Source: Eubacteriales bacterium (GTDB lineage Bacteria; Bacillota; Clostridia; Oscillospirales; CAG-272). From it: a DNA stretch of 64,000 nucleotides. The first letter of the stretch is position 1, and every line of letters starts with the position of its first letter. Both the position numbers and the translations under genes were made by a program. The notes under the pieces are model-generated. The model saw only the letters and a program-made list of their open reading frames with translations, did no database searches and was not told where the DNA came from. The stretch covers positions 81,823 to 145,822 of the forward strand of contig JAZOWN010000001.1 in the NCBI GenBank assembly GCA_045659245.1, read 5' to 3'. Below, piece by piece: positions 27,159-36,343 of this stretch.

Positions 27159-27339
27159 AACGCCACCTCCTAAACCACCTTGCTTTACCGATGATATGAT
27201 TATTATACCATAAAACTGCCTAAAAGTAAATAGGACGGCTTGAACTTTTACTCAAACCGCCCTATCCGTTACGATATTTCGCTTTAATTTCAAAGACTGT
27301 CCTTAACGGTACGAAGCATTTAAGTCAGCCGTTTTTGTT

Positions 27340-27984
27340 TTAGTTCTCCTCAAGGAAAACTACGATCTTTCTGTTGTTTTCAGAACCTATGGAGTTGGTG
27401 GAAACACCCTCGATGTTCTGTATTTCAGAGTGGATTATACGTCTCTCATAAGGGTTCATAGGCTCGAGCATAACGCTCTTCTTGTACTTCTGAACCTTAG
27501 CAGCCATGCGTCTTGCAAGTGCGCGGAGAGTTTCCTCGCGCTTTGCGCGGTAGCCCTCAACGTCAACAGTTACCTTAACGTATTCGCCCTTCTTGCCGTC
27601 AACTCTCTTGTTTGCCGCAAGATTTGCAAGGTACTGCAGGGAATCGAGTGTGTCACCGTGGTGTCCTATAAGAACTGCTGCGGATTCACCCGTAACACTT
27701 ATTCTCTTTTCTCCGTTTTCGCCGTCACTCATTTCTACGTCAGCGGTGATGCCCATGTCGCTAAGAAGCGTGTTTATAAAGTCAAGAGCATTCTGCTCGC
27801 CGCCCGTAATATAGGACGCGCTGATTTTTGCGTTTACCGCACCGATTCCGAAAAGACCGCCTTTTTTGGGCTCTTCGAGAACGGTATATTCAATCTTATC
27901 CGCATTGGGAGCGCCGAGCTCGCTTACTGCAATTGCAACGGCTTCCTCAATTGTTTTAGCGGTTGTAATAACTTCCTTTTTCAC
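27340..27984 (-). CDS. jag: RNA-binding protein Jag/KhpB (Jag_N, KH and R3H domains)
   Basis: 214 aa with KTIEEAVAIAVSELG N-terminus and C-terminal MLEPMNPYERRIIHSEIQ (R3H). Sits directly downstream of yidC. Confidence 0.9.
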   Translation of the reverse strand: MKKEVITTAKTIEEAVAIAVSELGAPNADKIEYTVLEEPKKGGLFGIGAVNAKISASYITGGEQNALDFINTLLSDMGITADVEMSDGENGEKRISVTGESAAVLIGHHGDTLDSLQYLANLAANKRVDGKKGEYVKVTVDVEGYRAKREETLRALARRMAAKVQKYKKSVMLEPMNPYERRIIHSEIQNIEGVSTNSIGSENNRKIVVFLEEN

Positions 27985-27989
27985 TTTTG

Positions 27990-29297
27990 TTATTCTCCGT
28001 CTGTATTTTTATTGTCTGTGTCGTTGGCGGTATTGTCAGCTTTCTTTGCGGACTTTTTCGCCTTTTTCTCTTTTTTCTCTTTTGCCAGCTTTTTAGCTTT
28101 CTTTTCTTCTTCTTTTTCCTTGTTTTCCTCGGTATTGTCCTTCTTCAAGAAGCCGTTTCCGAAAAGACTTGAAAGCTTTGGCGCTTGAGCCTGTGCTGCC
28201 TCCTCCTCGGCCTTTTGAGCCTCGAGAGCCTCACGTCGCTGTTTGCCGCGTTCAGCAGTATCGGCGTAGTCCTCGTCGTCGATATAGTGGAGCGAGCGGA
28301 CGACCTTGCCGGATTTATTGGTCTTTGATACCTTTTCAGCCTTGGCGTTTATTTCCTTCTCAGCTGCCTTCAGCTCTTCCTCTGTAAAGGTAGGAAGAGG
28401 CATAGCCTTCTTGAGAATATACTGCTTGAGAACGCCTAAAAGGCTCTTGAAGATCCAGTATACGCCGATAGCCGCAGGAACACCGAAGGTAATGAATACG
28501 CTCATTGCGGGCATCATAAAGTCCATCATGGTGTTGGAGCAGCCCATTGCCTTGTCGGTGACCTCAGGCTGATACGTCAGCTTTCTTGTCATCTTCATGC
28601 TGAAGAAGTATGCAAGGAACGTGAGTATCGGAACGAGCAAAAGAATTGCCAACTGGGTAAGGAAAAATCCCTCTCCGCTGAAATTGAACGATGCGAGAAG
28701 ATCAGGCGTGTCCTTAAGGTCGATGAAATTAAAGATCTTGAGGTTAGGCAGATTGTTGAATGCCGACTCGCTGAGTCCTTCAACTCCCGAAAAATACTCC
28801 CAGCCCATTTCTTTCATCTTACCGAGAAGGTCGATGGTATTTCCGGAAACGAACTTATATTCGGGATCGTAAGCCGACACTACGGTGGAGATCTGGCTTA
28901 TGGTCGAATCGGAAAACTGGCAGATATACTTGAGAGGGTCCTTGATAATGTTGAAGAGCGCGAAGAGAACGGGGAACTGGATAAGAAGGGGAAGACAGCC
29001 GCTCATGGGGTTGTAGCCTTCCTTCTGGTAAAGCTCCTGGATCTCCTGACTCATTTTTTGCTTAGTAGGGTTATCGTCACGTCCTGCGTACTTTTTGCGG
29101 ATAGCCATTTCCTTAGGACGGAGTTTTGCTTGCTTAATGGAGTTTTTCTGTTGCTTTATACCGAAAGGCAGGAGAACTATTTCGAGAATTACAGCAAACA
29201 CAAACAGTGCCAGAATATACTGGTTGCCCGTTATCATGCTGCAAAAACGAATTACGTAGCCAAACGGTATATTGATAATATCCCAAATTGAACTCAT
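27990..29297 (-). CDS. yidC: Membrane protein insertase YidC with a long Lys/Glu-rich C-terminal tail
   Basis: YidC/Oxa1 core (NPMSGCLPLLIQFPVLFALF, PAAIGVYWIFKSLL) followed by a charged tail of about 130 aa (..KEKEEEKKAKKLAKEKKEKKAKKSAKK..). Confidence 0.9.
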   Translation of the reverse strand: MSSIWDIINIPFGYVIRFCSMITGNQYILALFVFAVILEIVLLPFGIKQQKNSIKQAKLRPKEMAIRKKYAGRDDNPTKQKMSQEIQELYQKEGYNPMSGCLPLLIQFPVLFALFNIIKDPLKYICQFSDSTISQISTVVSAYDPEYKFVSGNTIDLLGKMKEMGWEYFSGVEGLSESAFNNLPNLKIFNFIDLKDTPDLLASFNFSGEGFFLTQLAILLLVPILTFLAYFFSMKMTRKLTYQPEVTDKAMGCSNTMMDFMMPAMSVFITFGVPAAIGVYWIFKSLLGVLKQYILKKAMPLPTFTEEELKAAEKEINAKAEKVSKTNKSGKVVRSLHYIDDEDYADTAERGKQRREALEAQKAEEEAAQAQAPKLSSLFGNGFLKKDNTEENKEKEEEKKAKKLAKEKKEKKAKKSAKKADNTANDTDNKNTDGE

Positions 29298-29386
29298 TTG
29301 AAATTTAGTTTCCGCAAAGGGATCAATGCGGAAAATCCTCTCTTAAATATTAGCGGCAGTCATTGTTCGGTACCGCACGGCCGAAG

Positions 29387-29647
29387 CTATTCTTTCCCTC
29401 TCCGTTTATATTTGGGGATCTTCTTGGGTTTCCTCTCGGGTACGGGATCGTATCCGCCCACGCAGAATGGATTGCAGCGCAGTACGCGCCACAAAGAAAG
29501 ACCAAATCCCACAAAAAAGCCACGTTTCGTAAATGCCTCTAAGGCATAGGCGGAGCATGTAGGATAAAACCTACAGCACGGAGTTCTTTTAAGGGGGGAT
29601 AAGAATTTCTGATAAAAGCGAATCAGCAAAATGCAAACGTGCTTCAT
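29387..29647 (-). CDS. yidD: Membrane protein insertion efficiency factor YidD
   Basis: [29 protein letters not shown]. Overlaps rnpA by an ATGA. Confidence 0.9.
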   Translation of the reverse strand: MKHVCILLIRFYQKFLSPLKRTPCCRFYPTCSAYALEAFTKRGFFVGFGLSLWRVLRCNPFCVGGYDPVPERKPKKIPKYKRRGKE

Positions 29648-30039
29648 TGTACTTTGTCCTGTGTCTTAGGCGAGGGGAGAAGTCCAAGCTCGCCGAAGAT
29701 ACGTCCAAGCTCCCTTGCAACGTCGGTGCTTTTCGCACCTGCAATCGCACTGCGGGGGCTTATGACAATAAGATTTCCTGTTTTGAGCTCTGCTTTGACC
29801 GAGTCGTAGGCCGCGCGAATGACTCGCTTTGCGCGGTTACGTTCAACTGCGCCGCCAAGCTTTTTGGAAACGGAAAGTCCCAATCGGTTGACGTATATCT
29901 TTTGCGGATGAGCATTTTTGAGCTTTTCCGCTTTCAGGTCGCGCAGAATATAAACGGCGACGTACTTACCGACGCTGCGCTTGCCGCGTCTGAAAGTCTT
30001 GTCATACAGATGATGCTCTTTAATTGCAACGTTTTTCAT
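29644..30039 (-). CDS. rnpA: Ribonuclease P protein component
   Basis: Basic protein of about 130 aa ([24 protein letters not shown]) between rpmH and yidD. Start at 30039 or 30051. Confidence 0.88.
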   Translation of the reverse strand: MKNVAIKEHHLYDKTFRRGKRSVGKYVAVYILRDLKAEKLKNAHPQKIYVNRLGLSVSKKLGGAVERNRAKRVIRAAYDSVKAELKTGNLIVISPRSAIAGAKSTDVARELGRIFGELGLLPSPKTQDKVQ

Positions 30040-30112
30040 AAAAATACCCACATATCAAAAACCCCGATGCGCAATGTCATCGGCGGTTTTTATATTTTTT
30101 GGATTTTCCAAA

Positions 30113-30247
30113 TTAGTAGGTCAGTCTTTTTCTGCCTTTAGCACGTCTTCTCTTGAGTACGTTTCTTCCGTCGGCAGTAGCCATTCTTTTTCTGAAACCG
30201 TGCTCTTTCTTTCTCTGACGCTTTTTAGGTTGATAGGTTCTAAGCAT
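30113..30247 (-). CDS. rpmH: 50S ribosomal protein L34
   Basis: Below the ORF-track length cut-off. Minus-strand translation is [44 protein letters not shown], with a GGAGG RBS. Confidence 0.95.
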   Translation of the reverse strand: MLRTYQPKKRQRKKEHGFRKRMATADGRNVLKRRRAKGRKRLTY

Positions 30248-30357
30248 TTCGTGCACCTCCTTGTTGTTGTTTTCATCCCGGATTACGAGATATCCGGAAT
30301 TTATCCGGAAGCGTGTTGCTTTACAGCCGAATTACGCTTTATACAATGACATCTTAT

Positions 30358-30386
30358 ATTAAACCACAAAACATTCCATTTGTCAA
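30358..30386 (-). promoter_or_regulatory. Sigma-A promoter of rpmH-rnpA-yidD-yidC-jag
   Basis: On the minus strand: TTGACA (30381-30386), 17 nt, TTTAAT (30358-30363) with an upstream TG. The leader of about 100 nt contains a CCGGA-taaat-TCCGG hairpin. Confidence 0.6.
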
Positions 30387-30424
30387 GAGATTTTTTTATT
30401 TTTTTCGTATTTTATAAAAAATCG

Positions 30425-30453
30425 TTGCCTTTTTATAAGTAATATGTTATAAT
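30425..30453 (+). promoter_or_regulatory. Sigma-A promoter of holA
   Basis: TTGCCT (30425-30430), 17 nt, TATAAT (30448-30453). Confidence 0.55.
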
Positions 30454-30478
30454 TTATAAGTAAAGCGAGGTGAGGGGA

Positions 30479-31510
30479 ATGGAAATAATCAAGGACGATA
30501 TTTTTCGCAAGCAGATGAAAAAGGGGCTTTCGGGAGGATATCTGTTTTTCGGTGACGAGGACTATATGAAGGCGTATACCGTGGGTGCTGTACGTAAGGC
30601 AGTATGCGAGGAAGAATCCTTTGCGCTTTTTAACGACATGAAGATAGACGCCATGGATTACAGCGCGAGCGCTTTGCTTGACGCTCTTATGCCGCTGCCG
30701 ATGATGAGTGACAAGAAGATAGTCACCGTCAACGGACTCAACGTAAACGCGCTCAAGGCGCGCGAGGTGGACGAGCTGTGCGAAGTGCTTGCAACTTTGC
30801 CCGAATACGATTATAACGTTCTCATTATCTCCGTACCCGCTACTATGATAGAGGAAGGAAATCTTCCTAAAAGACCGTCCTCCATTCTCAAAAAGCTTTC
30901 CGAGCACCTGACTCCCGTACACTTTGAGAGCGTGTCCGGCGCAAGGCTTGTGTCATGGGTAGGTAAGCATTTCGAGCATAACGGAGTCTCGGCAACCCCC
31001 GAGGTTTGCTCGTTTCTTATAAATTATGTCGGCAGATCTATGTATTCGCTCGCGAACGAGACCGACAAGCTCAGCTTCTACGTTCTTGAAAATGGAAGAG
31101 GCAGCGTCACGCGCGAGGACGTTCTGAACGTCGCTGTGGCACAGATAAGCGCGGACGCATTCGCGCTGACAAACGCTATCCTTGACGGCAGAAGCGAGGA
31201 TGCGGTAAAGGCGCTCGCGGTTATGAAATTCAGGAGAATCGATCCCGTAGTCCTTATGGGAGAGATATCAAGGACGATATGCGATCTGATCTCGGTAAAG
31301 GCGCTCCTTTCCGAGGGGTGCTCGTCTATGGATATAACGTCAATGGTTACGAAAAACGAATACAGGACCAAGATCTATATTCAGGGCGCATCGGGAAAAT
31401 CTATGGCGCGTCTTAAAAATGCGCTTGAGCTTTGCTCGGAGGCAGACCTCGGAATCAAATCGCTGTCACAGGGGTACGTTCCGATAGAAAAATTTATTTG
31501 CAGCATTTAA
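30479..31510 (+). CDS. holA: DNA polymerase III subunit delta
   Basis: About 343 aa. N-terminus has YLFFGDEDYMKAY, and the length and helical C-terminal domain are typical of HolA. ATG 30479 follows GAGGTGAGGGG. Confidence 0.85.
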   Translation: MEIIKDDIFRKQMKKGLSGGYLFFGDEDYMKAYTVGAVRKAVCEEESFALFNDMKIDAMDYSASALLDALMPLPMMSDKKIVTVNGLNVNALKAREVDELCEVLATLPEYDYNVLIISVPATMIEEGNLPKRPSSILKKLSEHLTPVHFESVSGARLVSWVGKHFEHNGVSATPEVCSFLINYVGRSMYSLANETDKLSFYVLENGRGSVTREDVLNVAVAQISADAFALTNAILDGRSEDAVKALAVMKFRRIDPVVLMGEISRTICDLISVKALLSEGCSSMDITSMVTKNEYRTKIYIQGASGKSMARLKNALELCSEADLGIKSLSQGYVPIEKFICSI

Positions 31511-31611
31511 AAAGTGAGATATATCGTAAAAAAATTGTCAAATAGTATTTATTTTTGCGAAAAAGTGTGCTATAATATCTGTTTGGAAAGAAAAATCAAG
31601 GAGAATTTTAC

Positions 31612-33447
31612 ATGGTAAGAACGGATTTGAGAAACGTAGCGATAATCGCGCACGTTGACCACGGAAAAACGACGCTCGTTGACGAGATGCTCAAGCAGGG
31701 CGGAATTTACCGTGAAAATCAGGAAACTGTAACTCGCGTAATGGACTCGGGGGACTTAGAGAAGGAAAGAGGAATTACAATTCTCGCAAAGAACACCGCC
31801 GTACATTACAAGGACGTTAAGATCAACATTATAGACACTCCCGGGCACGCGGACTTCGGCGGAGAGGTCGAGCGTATACTCAAAATGGTAAACGGAGTTA
31901 TACTTCTCGTAGACGCCGCAGAGGGCCCCATGCCTCAGACTCGCTTCGTGCTTCAGCGCGCGCTTGAGCTTAACCACCGCGTTATTATCGTTATCAACAA
32001 GATAGACAAGCCTGATGCAAGGCTTGGCGTGGTTGAGGACGAGATATTGGAGCTTTTGTTTGATCTCAACGCGACCGACGAGCAGCTTGACAGCCCCATG
32101 CTTTATTGCTCGGGCAGAGCGGGAACCGCGACCGAGGATCCCGACGTTCCCGGTGTAGACCTTGTTCCTCTGTTTGATAAGATACTCAATTACATTCCCT
32201 CTCCCGAGGGTGACGAGGACGGAGAGCTTCAGCTTCTCGTATCCTCTATTGACTACAACGAGTACGTTGGAAGAATAGGAATAGGTCGTATTGAGCGCGG
32301 ACGTATTCGCCAGAATCAGGATGCTTACATTTGTAACTACCATACGGGCGGAGCGCCAAAGCGTACTAAAATAGTATCGCTCTATCAGATAGACGGACTT
32401 GTCCGAGTGCCTGTCACCGAGGCAAAAATGGGAGATATAGTCTGCTTTTCGGGCGCGGAAAATATTACTATCGGTGATACGATCACGAGCCTCAGTGCTC
32501 CCGAGCCCTTGGAATTCGTAAAGGTAAGTGAGCCTACTCTTGAAATGACGTTTGCCGTAAACGACAGTCCGTTTGCGGGCAAGGAGGGTAAATTCGTTAC
32601 CTCGCGTCAGCTTCGCGACAGACTCTATAAGGAGCTTCTTAAGGACGTATCCCTGCGCGTTGAGGACGGAGATACTACCGAGGAATTTAAGGTTGCAGGA
32701 CGCGGAGAAATGCATCTTTCAATTCTTATTGAAACCATGCGCCGCGAGGGCTATGAGATGATCTGCTCCAACCCTAGAGTGCTTTTCAAGGAGATAGATG
32801 GAGTCAAGTGCGAGCCTATGGAGCGCGTTACGCTTGACGTTCCTCAGGAATACGTCGGAGCTGTCGTTGAAAAGCTCGGTCAGCGTAAGGGCGACCTTCT
32901 CGAAATGAATCCTCTCGGAAATCGCATGAGAATAGAATACCTCATACCCTCAAGATGCTTGTTTGGATACCGTTCCGAGTTCCTTACCGCAACTCACGGA
33001 GAGGGAATAATGAATACCATATTTGACGGATATCAGCCCTACCGCGGAGAGGTCGTTATGAGATTTACGGGCTCGCTCGTTGCATCCGAAACGGGAGAGA
33101 CCACGCGCTACGGACTCTTTAATACGCAGGAAAGAGGAAATCTTTTCGTAGGACCTCAGACCCCCGTTTACGAGGGAATGATAGTCGGAGAGAACCCCAA
33201 GAACGACGATATAGCGGTCAATCCCTGTAAGAAAAAGCAGCTTACCGCGATCCGCTCTGCGGGCGCTGATGAGAAGCTGTTTCTGACACCGCCTATTATT
33301 TTCTCGCTGGAGGAGGCTATTGAATTCATTACCGACGACGAGCTTATCGAGGTCACTCCAAAGTCCATAAGACTTCGCAAGAAGATACTCAATACCGAGC
33401 TTCGTATGAAGGCGATGATGAAGGCGCGCCGTGAAGCCGCTAAGTAA
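31612..33447 (+). CDS. typA: Translational GTPase TypA/BipA
   Basis: 611 aa with [31 protein letters not shown] and NKIDKPDAR. Confidence 0.95.
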   Translation: MVRTDLRNVAIIAHVDHGKTTLVDEMLKQGGIYRENQETVTRVMDSGDLEKERGITILAKNTAVHYKDVKINIIDTPGHADFGGEVERILKMVNGVILLVDAAEGPMPQTRFVLQRALELNHRVIIVINKIDKPDARLGVVEDEILELLFDLNATDEQLDSPMLYCSGRAGTATEDPDVPGVDLVPLFDKILNYIPSPEGDEDGELQLLVSSIDYNEYVGRIGIGRIERGRIRQNQDAYICNYHTGGAPKRTKIVSLYQIDGLVRVPVTEAKMGDIVCFSGAENITIGDTITSLSAPEPLEFVKVSEPTLEMTFAVNDSPFAGKEGKFVTSRQLRDRLYKELLKDVSLRVEDGDTTEEFKVAGRGEMHLSILIETMRREGYEMICSNPRVLFKEIDGVKCEPMERVTLDVPQEYVGAVVEKLGQRKGDLLEMNPLGNRMRIEYLIPSRCLFGYRSEFLTATHGEGIMNTIFDGYQPYRGEVVMRFTGSLVASETGETTRYGLFNTQERGNLFVGPQTPVYEGMIVGENPKNDDIAVNPCKKKQLTAIRSAGADEKLFLTPPIIFSLEEAIEFITDDELIEVTPKSIRLRKKILNTELRMKAMMKARREAAK

Positions 33448-33463
33448 TATAATATAATGAAAG

Positions 33464-33505
33464 AAAAACGCTTTTGCTATCAAACGATAGCAAAAGCGTT
33501 TTTTT
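33464..33505. terminator. Bidirectional terminator (typA / cpsB-like)
   Basis: CGCTTTTGCTATC-aaac-GATAGCAAAAGCG flanked by A and T runs. Confidence 0.85.
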
Positions 33506-33509
33506 ATTT

Positions 33510-34214
33510 TTATATCATGATCGCATTTTCTAAAAGCCTTTGAGAGCTGTTCATTATATCAATATAATGATTTTTCAGCAGTGACGGCGCTTTGACGAAT
33601 TTTTTGTAGTCAGTCGGATTTGTACCGTGCAGATCACTTCCGATCGCCCAAACGTTTCCTTCCTTTATATAACGCTTTAAGCGCCCGTGAAGTGAGAAAG
33701 GTGAAATTGCTTTTGCATTTACCTGCATCAGCACGCCCATATCACGCAGCGTATCGAGGTCATTCGGACATATACGAAGGTATCTGTCAACGTGCGCAAG
33801 TATTACGGTGAAATCGTTTGATAACAATTCCTCAACCGTTTCGAAATGTACACTGTTTAGTGTATGCATCGGCAGCTCTAAAAGTATGACATTAGTCCCT
33901 TTTATGCAAAGCTCTGTAAGTCCGTCCATTTTGGAGAGGTTTTCGAACAGTAGTACCTCTGCACCTATGCAAATTTTCGGTATATCATCAAACTCCGCGT
34001 TTTGGATACTGCATATAGCTTTCTCTCGCGCCCTGATGAAATTTTCAAGTCTGTGAACGTGAGGATAAAAGTGCGATGTAGCAACTACAATATCGGTTTT
34101 TGCTGAGCTAATGATCTTCAACTGTTGTTCACATTCCTCAAGGGAGCGACAGCCATGATCAAGTCTCGGAAGAATATGAGAGTGAAAGTCGATAACAGAC
34201 GGTGCGTTAGTCAT
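33510..34214 (-). CDS. CpsB/YwqE-type PHP-domain protein-tyrosine phosphatase
   Basis: IDFHSHILPRLDHG N-terminus, VATSH and GSDLHG motifs. Confidence 0.8.
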   Translation of the reverse strand: MTNAPSVIDFHSHILPRLDHGCRSLEECEQQLKIISSAKTDIVVATSHFYPHVHRLENFIRAREKAICSIQNAEFDDIPKICIGAEVLLFENLSKMDGLTELCIKGTNVILLELPMHTLNSVHFETVEELLSNDFTVILAHVDRYLRICPNDLDTLRDMGVLMQVNAKAISPFSLHGRLKRYIKEGNVWAIGSDLHGTNPTDYKKFVKAPSLLKNHYIDIMNSSQRLLENAIMI

Positions 34215-34246
34215 ACAACTCGTCCTTTCCGCAATTCTTTTTCCAA

Positions 34247-34996
34247 TTATTCGTTTTCGCCACTGACGTATTCGTAGGTATATCCGTATTTGTAGTGGTA
34301 CCTTCCTCTTGCATAGGCCTTGTTTTCGCTACCCTTGTGGCTAGTGCCGTTGACAACGATTCCGGTTATGTTCGCGCCGACGGATTTGAGCAGCTCTATT
34401 GCGGCGTTAAGATGCTTGGAGTCACTTATGTTTGCTCTTGCGATCAAAACGTAGCCGTCAACGAATCCTGCAATATCCGAGGGGTCGGAAACGACACCGA
34501 CGGGGGGAAGGTCGAAGAATATTATATCGTATTCCTTTTTCCACTGCTCAACGAGAACCTGCAGACGGTTGCTCATAAGAAGAGCCGAGGGGTTGGGAGG
34601 AGTACATCCACTGGTCAGAATGTGCAGATTCTCCGAATATACGCAGATCGCATCGGAAGCGCCCTTAACTATTCCCGAGAGGGTTTCGCTAAAGCCGTTC
34701 TGCTTTTTCTCGTATCCGAAAAATTTATACTGCGTGGGACGGCGCATATCCGCATCGATGAGCAATACCTTCTGTCCCGTCTGCGCAAAGGAAACTGCGA
34801 TATTAGCGGAAATCGTGCTCTTACCTACGCTCTGCTCTGCAGAGGTGATCGCATAAACGGGAGCATCGTCGCTGTTGTGAGCAGAGTACATTATATTAGT
34901 ACGAAGCTGGTTGAATGCTTCCTTTATAGCAAAGGGAGTAGCTTCATTTATAAGTCGTACCGTTGGCACCTTATTTTTTACATTTCTCTTTTTCAT
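34247..34996 (-). CDS. CpsD/CapB-family bacterial tyrosine kinase (BY-kinase catalytic subunit)
   Basis: Walker A SAEQSVGKST, Walker A' LLIDADMRRP, Walker B IIFFDLPPV and a Tyr-rich tail (YARGRYHYKYGYTYEY). Confidence 0.88.
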   Translation of the reverse strand: MKKRNVKNKVPTVRLINEATPFAIKEAFNQLRTNIMYSAHNSDDAPVYAITSAEQSVGKSTISANIAVSFAQTGQKVLLIDADMRRPTQYKFFGYEKKQNGFSETLSGIVKGASDAICVYSENLHILTSGCTPPNPSALLMSNRLQVLVEQWKKEYDIIFFDLPPVGVVSDPSDIAGFVDGYVLIARANISDSKHLNAAIELLKSVGANITGIVVNGTSHKGSENKAYARGRYHYKYGYTYEYVSGENE

Positions 34997-35835
34997 TTCT
35001 TGTTTTCCTCTTTAGCTGCTGTAGCAGAATTTGTCCAGTTGGGTACATCTCCGATAATGGTTTCACCGACAAGAGTCTTTGCGGATTCTTCGCCGCGAAT
35101 GACCGTATCGGCAAGCTTATTTATAAGGAATACTGCATATACGAGAATTGCCGTAATGACTGCCGCGATAAGAGTGTACTTTACTACGTCGGGAGATACG
35201 GGATCGGGATTGCTCGAAGGATCGGCAGGAGAGCGGAGAACCTTTACACATTCAAGGTCTTCCTTTGATATGAGCGTGAACTCATCCGAGCTGCTCGGAC
35301 CGGGGATATCATCCTTTTCGGTCCACTTATACATAGTGGAGCTGTAGTTGGGACGAACCGCATCTCTTATTATTCCGAGTGCCTCATCGGACTCAAGAGC
35401 CATGCTTACTGCATAAGCAATCTCGTAATCGGTGTGCGTTACGGTTACTGTAAAGGTTGAGGATTCTGCGGACGTGTTCGTCGAGATCATGCTTCTGATC
35501 TGTTCTGCGCCAAAGGAGGTGTAGCCCTTATCCTTGAGCGCTTGATTGCTCTCGAGCTTCGACTTGACCATAGCCATCATCTCGTCGCCCTTGATTATCT
35601 CTATGTAGTCGTTAGCGAGAAATTCAGATGCAGAGAGAAGCGCGGTGGTCGTATATTCCGACGTCGTGCTCGTGTTGATGACGTAGAATTTAGTGGATGC
35701 CGCATACTTTTCGTCAATTGCGAAAGCCGTAAATGCGGCGACGGCGATAGCAACGGCAACGGTTATGATGAGAATTTTCCACCATGCCGATTTTAAAACT
35801 CTAATAAGAAGAGAAATTGAAATTTCCTTTGTCAT
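34993..35835 (-). CDS. Wzz/CpsC-type chain-length determinant / BY-kinase transmembrane activator
   Basis: 280 aa with N- and C-terminal TM helices flanking a Wzz-like extracellular domain. Overlaps cpsD by 4 nt. Confidence 0.8.
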   Translation of the reverse strand: MTKEISISLLIRVLKSAWWKILIITVAVAIAVAAFTAFAIDEKYAASTKFYVINTSTTSEYTTTALLSASEFLANDYIEIIKGDEMMAMVKSKLESNQALKDKGYTSFGAEQIRSMISTNTSAESSTFTVTVTHTDYEIAYAVSMALESDEALGIIRDAVRPNYSSTMYKWTEKDDIPGPSSSDEFTLISKEDLECVKVLRSPADPSSNPDPVSPDVVKYTLIAAVITAILVYAVFLINKLADTVIRGEESAKTLVGETIIGDVPNWTNSATAAKEENKK

Positions 35836-35902
35836 TATAGATCCTTTCAGCCAACCTTCGGTTGGTTAAACGTATTCAAACGGTCATAAAACCGCAATGT
35901 TA

Positions 35903-35931
35903 ATTATATCACAAAATATATAACTTGTCAA
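35903..35931 (-). promoter_or_regulatory. Consensus sigma-A promoter of the cpsC-D-B module
   Basis: On the minus strand: TTGACA (35926-35931), 17 nt, TATAAT (35903-35908) with a TGa extension. The leader has a CCAACC-gaa-GGTTGG hairpin. Confidence 0.7.
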
Positions 35932-35962
35932 CTTATATTTTATAATTGCTATATTTGTAGTA

Positions 35963-36343
35963 TTAATGGCAGTGATCGGTGAAAAAGCCGTTCAGGTCTA
36001 TTTCGTATACTCCGTCGTTGTTCTGCTTGAATCCGATTTTGCGCAAGAGCGAGTCCTCAGCACCGCTTCCGACGTACGTTGCGTAATGAACTCCGCACAG
36101 GTCGATAAAATTCAGCGCGCCGCGCCCCATAACAAACAGTGCGTCTGCGTCGTAATGGTCGGTGGTTGCCGCTATATCGCGTATAACGCCGCCCTTGTCG
36201 GTAAGCTTGAATTGGCAGATGCCCGAGAGTCTGTCGTCAACAGACACGGCATAGGCTAAGAGATCTGCGTCGTATTCAACGCCGCATTTAAGACATATTT
36301 CCTCCTGACGGAGCTTTGATTGAATTGGTAATACCTTTATCAT
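35963..36343 (-). CDS. Hypothetical small protein, possibly GNAT-fold-like
   Basis: 126-aa ORF coupled to rluB by an ATGA overlap. The VMGRGALNF segment loosely resembles a GNAT motif A. Weak call. Confidence 0.5.
   Translation of the reverse strand: MIKVLPIQSKLRQEEICLKCGVEYDADLLAYAVSVDDRLSGICQFKLTDKGGVIRDIAATTDHYDADALFVMGRGALNFIDLCGVHYATYVGSGAEDSLLRKIGFKQNNDGVYEIDLNGFFTDHCH

Noticed and set aside
30074-30349. 91-aa plus-strand ORF overlapping rpmH.
   Set aside because: It is antisense to the unmistakable L34 coding sequence and has no RBS.
30248-30478. Possible oriC / DnaA-box cluster upstream of rpmH.
   Set aside because: Only weak partial matches to TTATCCACA are present, with no cluster and no AT-rich unwinding element beyond normal promoter DNA. 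Whole-replicon GC skew would be needed to settle it.
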